A DNA stretch of 64,000 bases. It comes from Piedraia hortae CBS 480.64. Its lineage: Eukaryota. The notes beneath the pieces are model-generated. The model ran no database searches. It had not been told where the DNA came from and saw only the letters and a list, made by a program, of their open reading frames with translations. A program made the translations under genes and the position numbers. Below, piece after piece: positions 12,942 to 25,243 of the stretch. Location: the NCBI GenBank assembly GCA_010093745.1, contig MU006011.1, forward strand, positions 1-64,000, read 5' to 3'. Numbering within the stretch: the first letter of the stretch is position 1; each line of letters starts with the position of its first letter.

Positions 12942-14487
12942 CGTAGCGTGATGTATAAGAATTGATACAGCGATGGATACAGAAGTATACGTCGCAAGCT
13001 GTGGTGAATTGCAGTGAACAAATGATATTGCTCTCAAGTTGTTCAGGATGACTCGTGCCAACACATGGTGGCAGTAACTACCGAAGTATAGGGCGCGTTA
13101 CTGTTGTAGATTTAGTCACCAAATCTTAGGTAATACCAGATATCTTCCGAACCTCCAAAGTTATTTATGGGCAACAATACGTTCCTCGATATAAGGAGAG
13201 TCGATGGTCGACAAAAAATTTGCTTGTGAATTTTTTCCGGGACATCATGTAGCTAATCTGGACGAATCTTCCCTCAAAGTCTGACACAAAGAGTCGAGAA
13301 TATGACAGACCGTAAATTCGTGCCTCGGGAAGCTGACAATGTAATTCATTGTTGGTAACTTGGCTCGCGTTTGATCAAGCCCTCACAAAGCGCTTTATTG
13401 CACGGCATGTGCCAATGACAGTCGACAAGCTCCACATCATGGCTTCAACAGGCACACGTGATGCGTAATCTCCGATAAGATTCATATACCAAGAGTTAAG
13501 AGCGTGTAGGCGTAGTTCAGCATGCCAAAGCAGCAATTCATGTTGGATTGAAAGCCCGATGGAAGCTACAGACAAAGCACACAGTGCTTCTTGATGCATA
13601 AAGGAGTAAAGCGCAGCACAAACATGCTAGCTGAAAATGCAAACACATTGCCAACTTGTCCAAAAGCATTAAGTCACTTACTCGCAACTCCATTCATACA
13701 GAAGATCGTTTGTGTAGAGGTAGTGACGAACACCGCCAGCTGAGCTATGAACACCAAGGAGTGTCAGCTTTACCATTTTTAAAAGGCGAACAGGATGCAC
13801 AGCAGGTTTGTTCAGTATATCGCCCGTTATTTCTTTGCATATGAATTGCTTTCAAAGACGTGGTCAATATGAATTTTGTCTCCGCTCAATTCATCGGCCT
13901 TGCGTGGCCAAGAGGGATCGGCGTCATGGTACAAACACTGTCGCGATCATTTGAACAATTTTGAGGAGGTACTTCACCTGAATATTTGTCCAAGCCCGTG
14001 TTCTGATTGGCTTGTTTTTCGGGGACGCTAGTGGTGGTGCAAAAATTTTTGAACCTTCTCGAAAATTCTCGCATCGATCCAGCTGCGGCGGGGTGTGGCC
14101 ACCTGACAGTGATGAGTGTTCGCACGAGGTTGAGTTTTGAAGGAGTATGATAATTCTCATGGTACAGTCATCGCCTGGAAGACGGACGCACCGTAAGACT
14201 TATGCCTGAGGGAGCTTGTAGCCTCTTCGATGTGACCAAGTGGAGCTCGCAATGCCGAGCTTTATCTCAAGGTGATTAAAACACGCAATCCAACCGGCCC
14301 TTGACACTCATAATATAAACGCTAAGATAGCTGGCTACAGTCAATGCTTTGTACCGTGCCAGAAAGCACCACAATGACAAAAAGCAAACAACGGCTGTAC
14401 CTGTACACAAAACGCTCCTTCAACCTGTTCCGTTTCTAGCCAGCAATTAAACAGACCCAACCATTAAAGCCAACGTACAGTAGGGAG

Positions 14488-16701
14488 TCACGGAGCGGCA
14501 TCCTCCATCATCTCCTTAATTAATCGATGCATTTCATCAGTGTTCCGGTGGTCGGCAGACGAGTTCGGAGAGCTAATAACCACCGCCCCGCCCTTTACAG
14601 GACTCAGTGGTGTTCGGGAAAAGTTGACGACGCCGGAGCTCGCCCTGGAAACGCAATGGCTGTCTGGGAATTCCAGTTTCGCGCGAAGCTCATTCATTTC
14701 TTCATCTTTTTGCTTCAGTCGCCGCTCCAGAGCGGTGATGTAGCTGTTCTTGTCGTAAAGATCTGCACGCAGCATACGAATTTGCTGCGTGTGGTCTGCC
14801 TCGCAATCATCAAAGAAGTCGTCATCGGCCTCTTCGGTGGCGTGCGAGATTGCAGCAGCCGGCATGAAGCCCGAGACAACGGAGCCGCCGGACCAGAGGC
14901 CGCTGGCGTGACCGTTGTATGGGGCACTGACAGCGCGGCTGAAACGAACAGAGTTTACACCTTGAGATTTGGACGAAAGGATTAACCGGTTCAGGTGGCT
15001 GATTCGTTCCTTAAGAGCTGTACGGGCCAGTTGCATCTCCAACAGCTGTTCCTGATGCCGCGTTCGTTCTTGCCGCTCGAGCTCTGCTTCGACTTTGCGA
15101 TCTTCTTCCATGGCCGCCCGCTGTTCGGCTTCCTCCTTTGCGCGGTTCTGCGCCTGGAGCTGCGACCGAAGCTCCTGAATCTCTAATCGATAGCGCTCCA
15201 AGAGCGCACTGCCGCCAGCCATTGGTGTTGATTCGTTCCGCTTTGCGTGACTGATGATGTTGTTCTTTGCTCGACTTGCGAACTTCAGCGTATTTAGTGT
15301 CTCCGTCTGCCCGACTGAAGAAAGCTGGATGGTGCACAATATGGACACCAGCGAGTCGCCAGACAAGGCCGGTTGGAGCAGCCGCGTGAGCTTGCTATCG
15401 CGATACGGCAGATACCTCCTGCCGCCGCCGTCGTCTTCTGACAGTCGGCCGATAATTGTGCCGAGCGTCAGAAGTGACTTGTTGATGTGTCCACCCTCTG
15501 TCCGCCGTTCTTTTTGATCCGCCGCACGCTCTGATCCAGCCAGATCAATGAGGGAGAGCGTCGAGACTAGGACGCCGCCAGGAAGGATGCGGTCGCGGCG
15601 GCCAGCGCGAGGTTCATCATTCTGGCCAGCGCGTTCCCGCGACTCGATTACAATCTGTACTACAGCATGGGAACGTGATGAACGCGCGTTGGCAGCGGTG
15701 CTGGCGACGCGGCGCGCCTGGTCTCCGCGCGCAATCATCCGCAGCAGTTGGTTAGGTGACTGTACAATCTCCTCCTTTAGTGGAGTCGCAAACACGCCCC
15801 GTTTGGCGTCCTCCCGCAGCTTAATTTCATCCGTTTGCGATCCTGGCGTCCCCAGCAGATCAAATATCTTCTCATTATATATCTCAAGGTAGCTGACCCG
15901 CAGCAAAAATTCCCGTCTCGGATGCTCGCGGATGTACGAGAAAATGTCGGTGATGGCGAGCGGGATAAGGCCCGGCGACATTGCGGTTCCCTGCATCGAA
16001 AATGTCTTGCCCGTGCCCGTTGTACCGTACGCAAACACGGTACCGTTGTAGCCGTTCATAACACGCCGGACCAGCCGCTTAGCCGCATCATCGTAAACGC
16101 GCGCATTGTTGTCACCCGGCGTGAATACATTGTCGTAGCGAAACTCGCCGCCATCTCGGCTACGGCAGGAAACAACGCCGCGGGTGCCGTCTATGGCGTA
16201 GTCAGTCGAGGCCTCGGCACCTGGCCGCACCCGCACACTAACCAGGACGTTCCCGCGGGCATCACCCTCAGATGTCTCGGCAGATGGCCACTTCGTCTCA
16301 GATGTTCCCGTGGTTCGAAGCTTCCCCTCCTGGTACCCGCTCGCCTGCAGTCCGGTTTCTGGTGCACTCGGTCGACGTAACGCCGCTTCAGCCGCCTCGG
16401 AAAAGGTCGTTACAGACAGCGGGCTCGTTGGCGGTCCATTTCGCAACGTTGGCGGTAGCGGAAACGACCCGATGCCGGTTGTCTTGCGTATCGTCCGGGA
16501 AGGGGTTGGTAGTGATGATGGGGGTCCCGAAGATACTGAGAGCGGCGATGATGGCGACGCTGCTGCTCGATTCTTGGACGGAGTCGGTAGCCCCGACGTT
16601 GTCACCGAGCGCCGGCCTATCTCCCGTCGCGCACGCGACACAGGTAACGTCTGACGCGAAACCGGCGACACGGACGGCCGACGGGAGGTTGTGGTGGCCA
16701 T
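14488..16701 (-). CDS. Kinesin, Kip2/KipA-like
   Basis: Motor motifs VSVRVRP, FAYGTTGTGKTFSM, SSRSH, DLAGSER, INKSLLTLG, PYRDSKLTRLLQ; S/P-rich N-terminus and coiled-coil tail; no intron; first ATG 16701. Confidence 0.92.
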   Translation of the reverse strand: MATTTSRRPSVSPVSRQTLPVSRARREIGRRSVTTSGLPTPSKNRAAASPSSPLSVSSGPPSSLPTPSRTIRKTTGIGSFPLPPTLRNGPPTSPLSVTTFSEAAEAALRRPSAPETGLQASGYQEGKLRTTGTSETKWPSAETSEGDARGNVLVSVRVRPGAEASTDYAIDGTRGVVSCRSRDGGEFRYDNVFTPGDNNARVYDDAAKRLVRRVMNGYNGTVFAYGTTGTGKTFSMQGTAMSPGLIPLAITDIFSYIREHPRREFLLRVSYLEIYNEKIFDLLGTPGSQTDEIKLREDAKRGVFATPLKEEIVQSPNQLLRMIARGDQARRVASTAANARSSRSHAVVQIVIESRERAGQNDEPRAGRRDRILPGGVLVSTLSLIDLAGSERAADQKERRTEGGHINKSLLTLGTIIGRLSEDDGGGRRYLPYRDSKLTRLLQPALSGDSLVSILCTIQLSSVGQTETLNTLKFASRAKNNIISHAKRNESTPMAGGSALLERYRLEIQELRSQLQAQNRAKEEAEQRAAMEEDRKVEAELERQERTRHQEQLLEMQLARTALKERISHLNRLILSSKSQGVNSVRFSRAVSAPYNGHASGLWSGGSVVSGFMPAAAISHATEEADDDFFDDCEADHTQQIRMLRADLYDKNSYITALERRLKQKDEEMNELRAKLEFPDSHCVSRASSGVVNFSRTPLSPVKGGAVVISSPNSSADHRNTDEMHRLIKEMMEDAAP

Positions 16702-17219
16702 GTCGCTGCCCGTCAAGACATCAGTCTGTCGCGACTCGTAGCGAGGGGGCGGGACGGGCCAGCGGCTGTTTCCGCGCCATTTTGGAGTTGTCACAGACCG
16801 AAAAGACCGAAACCAATTGCGAGTTGGCAAAAAGTAGGACAATGTCTTTCCCTTTGTGACTTTTGTTCAACAATTGCTACTGTTTGTTTGTCCCAGCGAG
16901 TCGCACAAACGCTCGGGCCTTGGCTGACTCGGGGGCTGTGCGCCAAATCCGCCCCTACTATGCGCCAGGCACAAAAAGAAAAACGTACAGCAGCGGGGGA
17001 TTCCCACGTGGTCACCCACCGTAGTACTAATCTGCCGGTGGACAGTTTAGGTTCAGGAGAGCGGACGGGATCCTCTGTTCTCTGTCACCTATGGCCGTAC
17101 GTATTGCAACAGTGTGTGCTAGAAGTTTTTATACCTGGGTTGAGTTACCTGCGCAACCAAAGTGGTATGATAATCGGACCACAAGATCGCCCGCTTCAAA
17201 ACAAGCCAGTCGAAGCTAA

Positions 17220-17888
17220 TTAATGAACCACTTTTGCCTTTAAAATCTTTTCTTGCGCTTGCAATCTCTCCACGGAGGACATGATTGCTTTCATCTTCGC
17301 CCTCAAGTCCGCCATCTCTTTGTTAGCGTTGGAGCTGGCAACACCGATAACCTTGCGCAAGGTTTGATAATCGGCCAATTCCTGCGATTTGATGCCCACT
17401 TGTCCACCTGTGGAGTCGCGCTCCGCGTTTAGAATCTTCTCCACCGCTTTGACCAGCGGAAGCAGGTCAGGAGCGTTGAACGTCAACCAAACCGCATTTT
17501 GCTGGTCAATGTCTTGGTCTTTGAACAATACACGCATCGCGGCTGCACGCTTAGAGAAATGGGCATCGGACTGCGGTCCTCCCGGCACATCCACGCGTGA
17601 AACGGTCCACTCGATTTGCGGAAGATCTGCGCCACTTTTCCATCCGCGATATGCCAGTTCCTGTTCCGGGGTCATATGTGACATTGCAGCATCCTCTGGT
17701 GGTACTGGTTTATTCGTTGCAAGAACGTAGCCCGTAGCTGCTGCAATGCTCTTGCCCTCGTCGACCACAGAGCTAAGCGCTTGGACTATTTTCATCGTTT
17801 TATCCATATCGTCCCCGGGATTGGGAACTTGGAGGATTTGTTCGTGCGTGGACGACATCACCGAAGACTCCATGTTACCGTCCAGCAT
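17220..17888 (-). CDS. Hypothetical protein with C-terminal coiled coil
   Basis: Intact ~222-aa ORF with protein-like composition; TGACGTCA site upstream at 18034. Confidence 0.6.
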   Translation of the reverse strand: MLDGNMESSVMSSTHEQILQVPNPGDDMDKTMKIVQALSSVVDEGKSIAAATGYVLATNKPVPPEDAAMSHMTPEQELAYRGWKSGADLPQIEWTVSRVDVPGGPQSDAHFSKRAAAMRVLFKDQDIDQQNAVWLTFNAPDLLPLVKAVEKILNAERDSTGGQVGIKSQELADYQTLRKVIGVASSNANKEMADLRAKMKAIMSSVERLQAQEKILKAKVVH

Positions 17889-20020
17889 GAATGTCCAGTA
17901 GTAAACCAACGCATATAAGAAGTGCTTCTATAGCAAGTTATCGGCGCCACCGAAATCGTCTGACAAGCCTTGGGTATATGTGCGTTCAACTGTAGTCGTG
18001 AAACGAGTTGGTCGCCACGGTCCACACAGCCAGTGACGTCACGCGATAGCAAACGTTACTATGCACCATCTAGCATAGCCAGGACGAATCGTTGCATATT
18101 AAAATTCACGAGCTTCTGCATCAATCGCAAACATATCTTCCGATAAAAATTTTTGGCAAACCAACGGTCGTCAACCGTTAGTTTGCCTCGAGCTATAACT
18201 TGCTTCCTGGCACGCAAGCGTGACGCACAGACAGAGCATAAAGCACAGACCCAACGCCCACATTTTGCTTATATCAAGTTGAATGCGATTCAGAACGTAG
18301 AGCAAGATGAAGGTGGCTTCATGTTGACAACACTTTCGATGGTTTTTGTGTCTAGCGAAAATTCATTCGACCCAAACGTCGATGCATTTGCACTGAGACA
18401 CGGGTGATCCTAGCCTAAATTATGAAAAAAACAAACGTATAAGTTAGAAGGCAGGTGGCCTCGGCGGACGAACGGGAGGATGTGAGCGGTAGGGAGGCAT
18501 TCCAACCTCCTATCATGCATCATGGTAAGCTTTCCACCAACGGGAGCACCGACAAATGCGGCTCAGCCTCCAAGACAATCGCTGAAGAATAGATGACGAG
18601 CGTGGAGGAGGCAAGACTTTACATACCTCCGGCAGCAGCCGGGGGTGTGATTTCGCTCGCGACAGCTAATATTGACATAGTGCTCGTAGATCCGCAAGGG
18701 AACCAGATAGCACTTTTAGTTCATTTATCAGTTTTAAGTTTGAAGGCAGCAAGGTGGGCCAGCTTGTCTCAAAACCATCATTGAATACGCTCAAATGCAC
18801 ATATATATACCTCGAAATCTTGTCTCATCATCATCATCATCCCAGGCAGGTTCCCGCCAGTACCAAACCGACTGAAGTACGTAGGTATGTATCTAACCCC
18901 TCATACCTTAAAGAGCGTAGCCCTTGTGTGTACGTTTCTGACAGCTCTCCTGAACCACAGAGAATTACTATATACATATATACTTCTGGTTACATTGTAT
19001 TGATGTTTTTGGGAGATGTGGTTGCACAGGCTTCGAAGGCGCCGTTTAAGGGTGGGAGACATATATCTCCATTGGCCCAGCGTGGGACATACGTCCTCAA
19101 GGTGATATGACCACTCATCCAATCCGTCATCAATGGACAAAATTCAGCGCCATCTTGTCGCCCAGGCACGCGGCCAGCGATCCTTATTGTTGTGAGAGCC
19201 CCTCCACACCATGGAAAAGGAGCTTCGATCTCAAAGTTCTGATAATCTCCGCAGAAAAAACAATCGCGGTCGTATGCGAAGGTAGTCTCCACAGCCAGCA
19301 GTAGAAACTGGTAGACGTATTCGCTTAGTGGCTATTTTGCCCTGAGGCAAATGGTAGATGGCTTCCTCCGGTGTTGACGAGAAGATGGTGGGAGTAGAGG
19401 AAACATGCATCCTAAAGTGATGATCGGTGTCCGGATGTAGAATGCTGTGTGATGGAAAACAGAGATAGTATGTCGGGTAGTTCCAGTTTGGAGCGGCTAA
19501 AAGACCCCCGTGTAGACCGAGAAGGAACCCATGGTCCCTCATATTCTAGACTATGATTTTGACGTGGGGGACCTTGTAGAATGGGAGGCTTGAGGGTTCA
19601 AATGAGATAGAGTGCAGGTCAAATGAGCCACTCGACTCTAACATTCGATGAACTGGAGGCATTGCCATATACTGTAGCTTTTCAGAGCAGATGAGTCGAG
19701 TTGATATACCAATGCTTTTTCGGGCCTCGGCACGGTTGGTCTCACAATGTCGTGAGCTCCCGCCACCGTCGGACAGGCTGAGCGCCTGTGATGGAGCCAA
19801 AGACGAGCCAATAGAAAAAGCCTCAGTTGTGGGCATAAATCCTTCTGCATCGTCATGAGCTGTGATGAAAGGAGACGAATTTGTTAGATTTTGCATGAGT
19901 AAATGGTGTTCATTGAAACTGTGTGCTCTTGCAGGTTGTGATGGATTGGCGCTTGTTCTCCAGATGTTAGAGTATGTGTATAACAAGTACGCCATTTGCA
20001 GTTTTCAGAGAAAGCCTCAG

Positions 20021-20219
20021 TGTCACGGGAGAACTGGGCTGGAAACTACTGGCTTTACAACTGTGTTTTAGCTTAGAAAGGAACTATGGATGTGATGTTA
20101 CAGTTGTGAGTAGATGTGTACCAGTATGCATACAAGTCTCCACGGAAAACTAGTTGACACGTCAAAGAGCCGAGCGCTGATTACTACTAATGCGCGTAAT
20201 ATACTGCATGTTCGCAACA
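20021..20219. mobile_element. Probable solo LTR (family D)
   Basis: TGTCACG...CGCAACA termini; 3' part repeated at 1-81; no clear TSD. Confidence 0.55.
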
Positions 20220-20619
20220 TATGAGGTGTAGAGGGCGGGAATGGTTCCGTGGCACTCAGGTAGGGAGGCCTGGATAAACGATTTGCATAGCTATGACATG
20301 CACTCTTCGACTTACAACAATAATGAGAACTTTCCTCTCGCAATGTAGAGACGAGCTAAAATGCGTTGGAGTTATGCTGTCTAGTATTGAGCCGCACATA
20401 TGGAAGCGAAAAGTGATGAGCCAACACATGAACCGCGACGATTGCGAAGGATGGTAAAAATCTAGCTTTGAGGAGAGGAATGGGAGTTGTGGAGCCACTC
20501 GTGCCAAATGCTGGCCATTCGAACGATCGCACCGTCCATACCGTCCATCAAGCCCCCATCTTGGTCAATACAACAATTAAAGTAGGACAGCTATTTGATT
20601 ATAAGATACGTGTTCTGTT

Positions 20620-21270
20620 GAATGTCACAAGCAGCCAAACCGTTCCAATACTTTTGGAATCTTAGGAACCAAGTTGAACATAGATGCAGATCGGTGTCCT
20701 CTCACCGAGAGAGGGCCAGCTATATACTGTCAAACCTACTGCCTAGAAGTGAGAATCCAACACCGGTGCTATGCCAGGTGTAGCCATGGCTCTAATGTCC
20801 GGCACGCCCTTCAGCCTCACTCTGTTCGACTGACTAGGAGCCAGCTGAGAGGTCGACCATGTTGAGTCCCCAGACGAAAGTGGCGAATTTTTGTCAAGGA
20901 AGGGCCTTGGTGAGCCTATCAGCTACCACGTAATTGGTCGAGACCTAGTCGACGTCAATCGCTTGTTGCTGGACCTCCCGACGAATCCAGAACCGGTGAA
21001 TCGACACACGGCACAGCTTGGTCGTGGGGGTTGCATGAGCCTCCTTGAGAAGCCGCTTTGTTATGAGGTTGTCTGTCACGAGGCGGCAGCTCTCGTCGAG
21101 CTCCAGCGTTATCTCATCGAACAGGCGGCTGAGGGCGATCAGCTCCCGGGCGTCATCCGACGTCCCCTGAAGCTCCGCCTCAGTGGATGATGTGGTGACT
21201 GTTTTCTGTTTGTGGAATTTCCTGGCCACTGGGGTGCCAAACAACGTGAGTGTTCTAATAAGCAGCGGCA
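20620..21270 (-). mobile_element. Ty1/copia 3' remnant: RNase H, polypurine tract and LTR
   Basis: KQKTVTTSSTEAEL, TDN, HRFWIRREV and ADRLTKAL copia RNase H motifs; purine-rich GAAGGGCG then TG starting at 20804. Confidence 0.85.
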
Positions 21271-22199
21271 CCTCACAGGTGTGTCCGTATACACGCGTAT
21301 CTTGAGCTACAAGATAATTTCTGAGTACTCGAACCCTGGTCAGGGATGTGGGTCATCACCTGCGGATCGCTCCGTGGCAAACTGCACAACAGTGAGGACG
21401 TAGTCCCCATGGCTCTTCCAGTCAAGGAGTCTCCCTCTAAGCCACGGTACAGGGAAGTCGGAAACTTCTCAAAAGATGTTATCTGCGTTCAACATTGTGA
21501 GGGCGTGAGACCGGGACGGGTGGATGGGAGGGACTATCGGCTAGAGACTAGGACAGAACAACGCATGAAGAAGAAGAAAAGGAAAGGGCGCCAAAACCTA
21601 GGGTGTCGTGTGTCACTAGGTCCGGGCCGTGCCGCACGGGTCAAGCGGTGGCGGATCGGGCCGCCTAATGGGGAGAGGTCTTTGATGCTGACAAACACAG
21701 AATGAAATTCATAACAAAGATCTGCTTTGCGAGAGTCATAGAGTCAATCACCATCGCCGCGACAAAAACACATGTTGTGTTTTCGTCGTTCAATAGTACG
21801 GACTGTCCGACGCCCCGGCGTAGGCAATAATGCCCGCTGGAGGATGCACTATCGTTTAACGGCTGTTAAACTCTAATCTGAATGATGACAAGGATGGGTG
21901 GCACTGGTGCGCTTGGCATGGCGGCCGATCGACAGGGTTGCTGTACTCAGGCCTGTTAAGAAGGTAAATAGGAATAAATAGTGGGGCCTTTTTCAGGCAT
22001 CACGGACCGTTCCGACCCAAAATTACGCGGAGCTGCTGATGTAATCCAACTTGACCTTCCTTGAACAGCAACTTTCAGTAATTTCTAGGATCGGGCCGGC
22101 CCCTAGTGCCTGGAGTAGATGCCTGAAAGCCCCACCGTTTATTCAATTTACTTTTTTAACAGATCTGGCTGTATTCCCGGCGAATACTAACCCTAGGGA

Positions 22200-22949
22200 A
22201 TGTCTTCGACCTCACGCGTCCTTGTCGGACCAGACTTGGCCATGGCTCAGCGAATGGCACGGCTGCGACATGCTCTACCGGCTCAATTCTCACGAACATA
22301 TCACTATTTGAACCGCACCACTCCCAAAATCCCGTCCCCGACGCCTTTTGTGCCTGACGTGCCGACCTTCCTCACCCTCATCGGGCGCGACCTCTCTCAG
22401 CACGCGACGAAAATTCCGTCGTGGGAGGCACTGTTCTCTTGGAACAGCGCACAGTTTAGAGAGGTCGGCATCGAGCCTGCGCGGTCCAGACGCTACCTAC
22501 TGGCATGGCGCGAGCGGTTCCGCAATGGAGTCACCGGCATAGGCGGCGATTGCAAGAATGTTAGAGATGGGGTGGCCAAACTTCGAGCCGTCGAGCTCCA
22601 GAGCAATAAACCACAAGGTAATGACACAACGCCGAAATCAAGGAAGACTGTTGCCAATGAAAAGGCCGACGAAGATGGCAAGGGGAATTTGGAAGAGGAA
22701 GGAAGCGACTCCAAGCTGCCTTTGGTCGGAGATAACGTGCCAACAAACTTGAGGGGCGTCAAATTGTTGCGTGGACATTACATTGCCGGAAGTGGAGTGG
22801 AGCAAGTCAAAGGCTTTGGCGTCGCGCAACTAAGGGTGAAGCCAGGCCTATGGGAGATCCGTCGCGGGCACAAGGTTGACGGAGGCGAAAGGAGAAAGGC
22901 CGAAGTGAGATACAAGCGAAGATTGGCCGAGAGAAGGGCGACAGCATAG
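22200..22949 (+). CDS. FYV4: Mitochondrial ribosomal small-subunit protein mS41/Fyv4 (IGR domain)
   Basis: PFVPDVPTFLTLIGRDLSQH...WEALF...GIEPARSRRYLL and C-terminal GHKVDGGERR; N-terminal presequence-like segment; alternative start 22242. Confidence 0.85.
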   Translation: MSSTSRVLVGPDLAMAQRMARLRHALPAQFSRTYHYLNRTTPKIPSPTPFVPDVPTFLTLIGRDLSQHATKIPSWEALFSWNSAQFREVGIEPARSRRYLLAWRERFRNGVTGIGGDCKNVRDGVAKLRAVELQSNKPQGNDTTPKSRKTVANEKADEDGKGNLEEEGSDSKLPLVGDNVPTNLRGVKLLRGHYIAGSGVEQVKGFGVAQLRVKPGLWEIRRGHKVDGGERRKAEVRYKRRLAERRATA

Positions 22950-22989
22950 ACCGAACATAATGTGTAGAATAACGTGTACAGTTCCATGT

Positions 22990-23916
22990 TTATCTGGCTC
23001 GCACACCGATGCCGACGGGCGTCTGGAAAAGGTCGACAAGACCCGATCCAACAGCTTCGGCCAGCACATAGTCGAACTCGAGTCCGTAAAACTCGCGCCA
23101 TTTCTTGGTCTTGCCTGCTTTGACCGTGTCTCTATTGCCATCCCAGCTCTCTTTAAGTGAGGCCATGGTGCATTCACGGTGTTTCGGACTTACCCGTTTC
23201 AAAAGTGCCAACAGACGCGTTCGGGCGTCTGTGATAAGCTTGAAGTAAGTGCCCATTCCAGGCAGGGTGAGTGTCATATCCTCTGATTTGCTCTTGCTGC
23301 GGCGTTCAGACATTGAGCTGCTGCCGCCGCCTCGTTCATGAATCGGATCTCCGCCTCCCACAGCTGCCAAACTGCCACTGATGCCTAGAGCAAGACTTGA
23401 TACGTCCTTGCTAGCCGGGGCAGCGGCTGTTATAGCTGGATATGTTAGATATCCTGCTTTTACAAGCACCTTGACTTCGTCAGGCGTCAGGGAAGCCATG
23501 GAGACACTTTGTCCGGTGGCAGCGGTCAACAGAGAGATGTATTTCTCCTGAAGGGCCTTGTCTAGATCATCTATTTGAACTCGTCGCGTCCAATCGGCGA
23601 TAAGAACGTAGCCCTCGCCCACCGCCGATTCTCCAACGCCGCGAGAGACGGTTAGCTTCCGCAACGTACCATGAGTCACGAGACGCGCGAGTTCACGCTC
23701 CGTTTGGGTTGCGTTCCTTCCTAAAGCAATCAAGTGGGCCACACTGACTACAGGTGGCCATTTGCGGCGGAAATTCAATACGGTGGCGATTCGCTCGCTG
23801 CCCATGCCCGACGCCCGCTCCGGTATCGGCTCCCACATGTGCTCTTGCGCGTGTTTCATCAACGCGACGACGCCCACGAGACCTCGCGGAGCAAGAGAAG
23901 TAGCGTCCTCTCCCAT
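22990..23916 (-). CDS. Stk19-family protein
   Basis: Intact 308-aa ORF; MWEPIPERASGM..RIATVLNFRR..PPVV, TERELARL, LPGMGTYFKL and KKWREFYGLEF match fungal Stk19-like proteins as recalled. Confidence 0.7.
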   Translation of the reverse strand: MGEDATSLAPRGLVGVVALMKHAQEHMWEPIPERASGMGSERIATVLNFRRKWPPVVSVAHLIALGRNATQTERELARLVTHGTLRKLTVSRGVGESAVGEGYVLIADWTRRVQIDDLDKALQEKYISLLTAATGQSVSMASLTPDEVKVLVKAGYLTYPAITAAAPASKDVSSLALGISGSLAAVGGGDPIHERGGGSSSMSERRSKSKSEDMTLTLPGMGTYFKLITDARTRLLALLKRVSPKHRECTMASLKESWDGNRDTVKAGKTKKWREFYGLEFDYVLAEAVGSGLVDLFQTPVGIGVRAR

Positions 23917-23994
23917 TTGGAATTCTATCGAATTGCCTATTTGGGGCTCGCCGCCCTTTGTGCCGGCGCTGACGTCAGCCCCAGACGTTCAACA

Positions 23995-25170
23995 ATGGCA
24001 CAAGTCACCAATGGCGAGGCTCACTGGGAGAAACTGCATAACGGAAGTGGTGAAGAACTCGCCTCGATCAAGTCGCGCGATGCCACCAATATCAAGCCTC
24101 GCAGAGACACGCTTGTGTCTGGTCGTCGCGCCGGGGCCGGTTGGTCCCATAGTGCCATTCATTGGGCACCATTGAACGTACCCTTACAGCGCAGACTGCA
24201 GATGGGCATGGTCTTGGCCCACACCCTTTCAATCGGCGTGTTTCTCACTGTATTCTTCCTTCTTTGCGCCATTCCCTTGCTATGGCCCATCCTCCTGCCG
24301 TATCTAATTCACGTGCTTCGGTCCCGTTCGGCTGTTAACGGGAAGCTGTCCCATCGCAGCGAACGCCTACGCAGCTTAAAAGTCTGGTCCCTCTTTGCCG
24401 GGTACTTCCCCGCCCGTCTGCACCGCGTGCAGATGCTGGAGCCGCGACGAAAATACGTGTTTGGCTACCATCCGCACGGAATAATCAGCCATGGGGCGTT
24501 TGCGGCTTTTGCAACTGAAGCTTTGGGCTTTAGCCAGCTTTTTCCAGGAATCACAAACACGCTGCTAACTCTCGACTCCAACTTCCGCATTCCGCTGTAT
24601 CGCGACTATATCCTACGCTTGGGCCTCGCCTCCGTATCCCGCGAGTCCTGCGAGAACATTCTCTCTCGCGGTGGACCGAACGGTGAGGGCATGGGTCGTG
24701 CAATCACGATTGTCGTAGGCGGTGCTCGAGAGTCCCTTGATGCAAAGCCTCATACGCTTCGTCTAGTGCTGAAGAGAAGAAAAGGCTTCGTCAAACTAGC
24801 TATCCGTACGGGCGCAGACCTTGTGCCTGTCCTAGCGTTTGGTGAAAACAATCTGTACGAGCAAGTTGACGCTGAAACTCATCCGCTCGTTCACAAAGTT
24901 CAGATGATCATCAAGAAAATTCTCGGTTGGACAGTGCCATTATTCCATGCGCGAGGAATCTTCAACTATGATGTCGGCCTTATGCCTTACCGAAGACCGG
25001 TGAACATCCTTGTCGGAAGGCCTATCCAGGTTATACAGGCCGCTGAGCCTGATCAAGAATACGTCGATCAAGTTCACGACCTTTATACAGAAGAGCTTGT
25101 CAGAATGTGGGACGAGTGGAAAGATGTCTTTGCAAGAGACAGGATGGAGGAATTGGAGTTCATAGAGTAA
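23995..25170 (+). CDS. DGA1: Diacylglycerol O-acyltransferase (DGAT2 family)
   Basis: WAPLNVPLQRRLQ, YFP, FGYHPHGII, VGGARE, RRKGFVKLA and LVPVLAFGEN motifs; ATG at 23995. Confidence 0.95.
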   Translation: MAQVTNGEAHWEKLHNGSGEELASIKSRDATNIKPRRDTLVSGRRAGAGWSHSAIHWAPLNVPLQRRLQMGMVLAHTLSIGVFLTVFFLLCAIPLLWPILLPYLIHVLRSRSAVNGKLSHRSERLRSLKVWSLFAGYFPARLHRVQMLEPRRKYVFGYHPHGIISHGAFAAFATEALGFSQLFPGITNTLLTLDSNFRIPLYRDYILRLGLASVSRESCENILSRGGPNGEGMGRAITIVVGGARESLDAKPHTLRLVLKRRKGFVKLAIRTGADLVPVLAFGENNLYEQVDAETHPLVHKVQMIIKKILGWTVPLFHARGIFNYDVGLMPYRRPVNILVGRPIQVIQAAEPDQEYVDQVHDLYTEELVRMWDEWKDVFARDRMEELEFIE

Positions 25171-25243
25171 TGGCTTGTAACGTCTGGTACAATATTGTAC
25201 GGTTATGACAGGAGATATCTAGAGGAATGGTCTACAAGAGCAG

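Noticed and set aside
23734..23994. N-terminal extensions and antisense overlaps in the ORF track (DGA1, CSA, RRN10, kinesin, AKR)
   Set aside because: Mostly produced by GTG/TTG starts or shadow frames of GC-rich genes; the first plausible ATG was used instead
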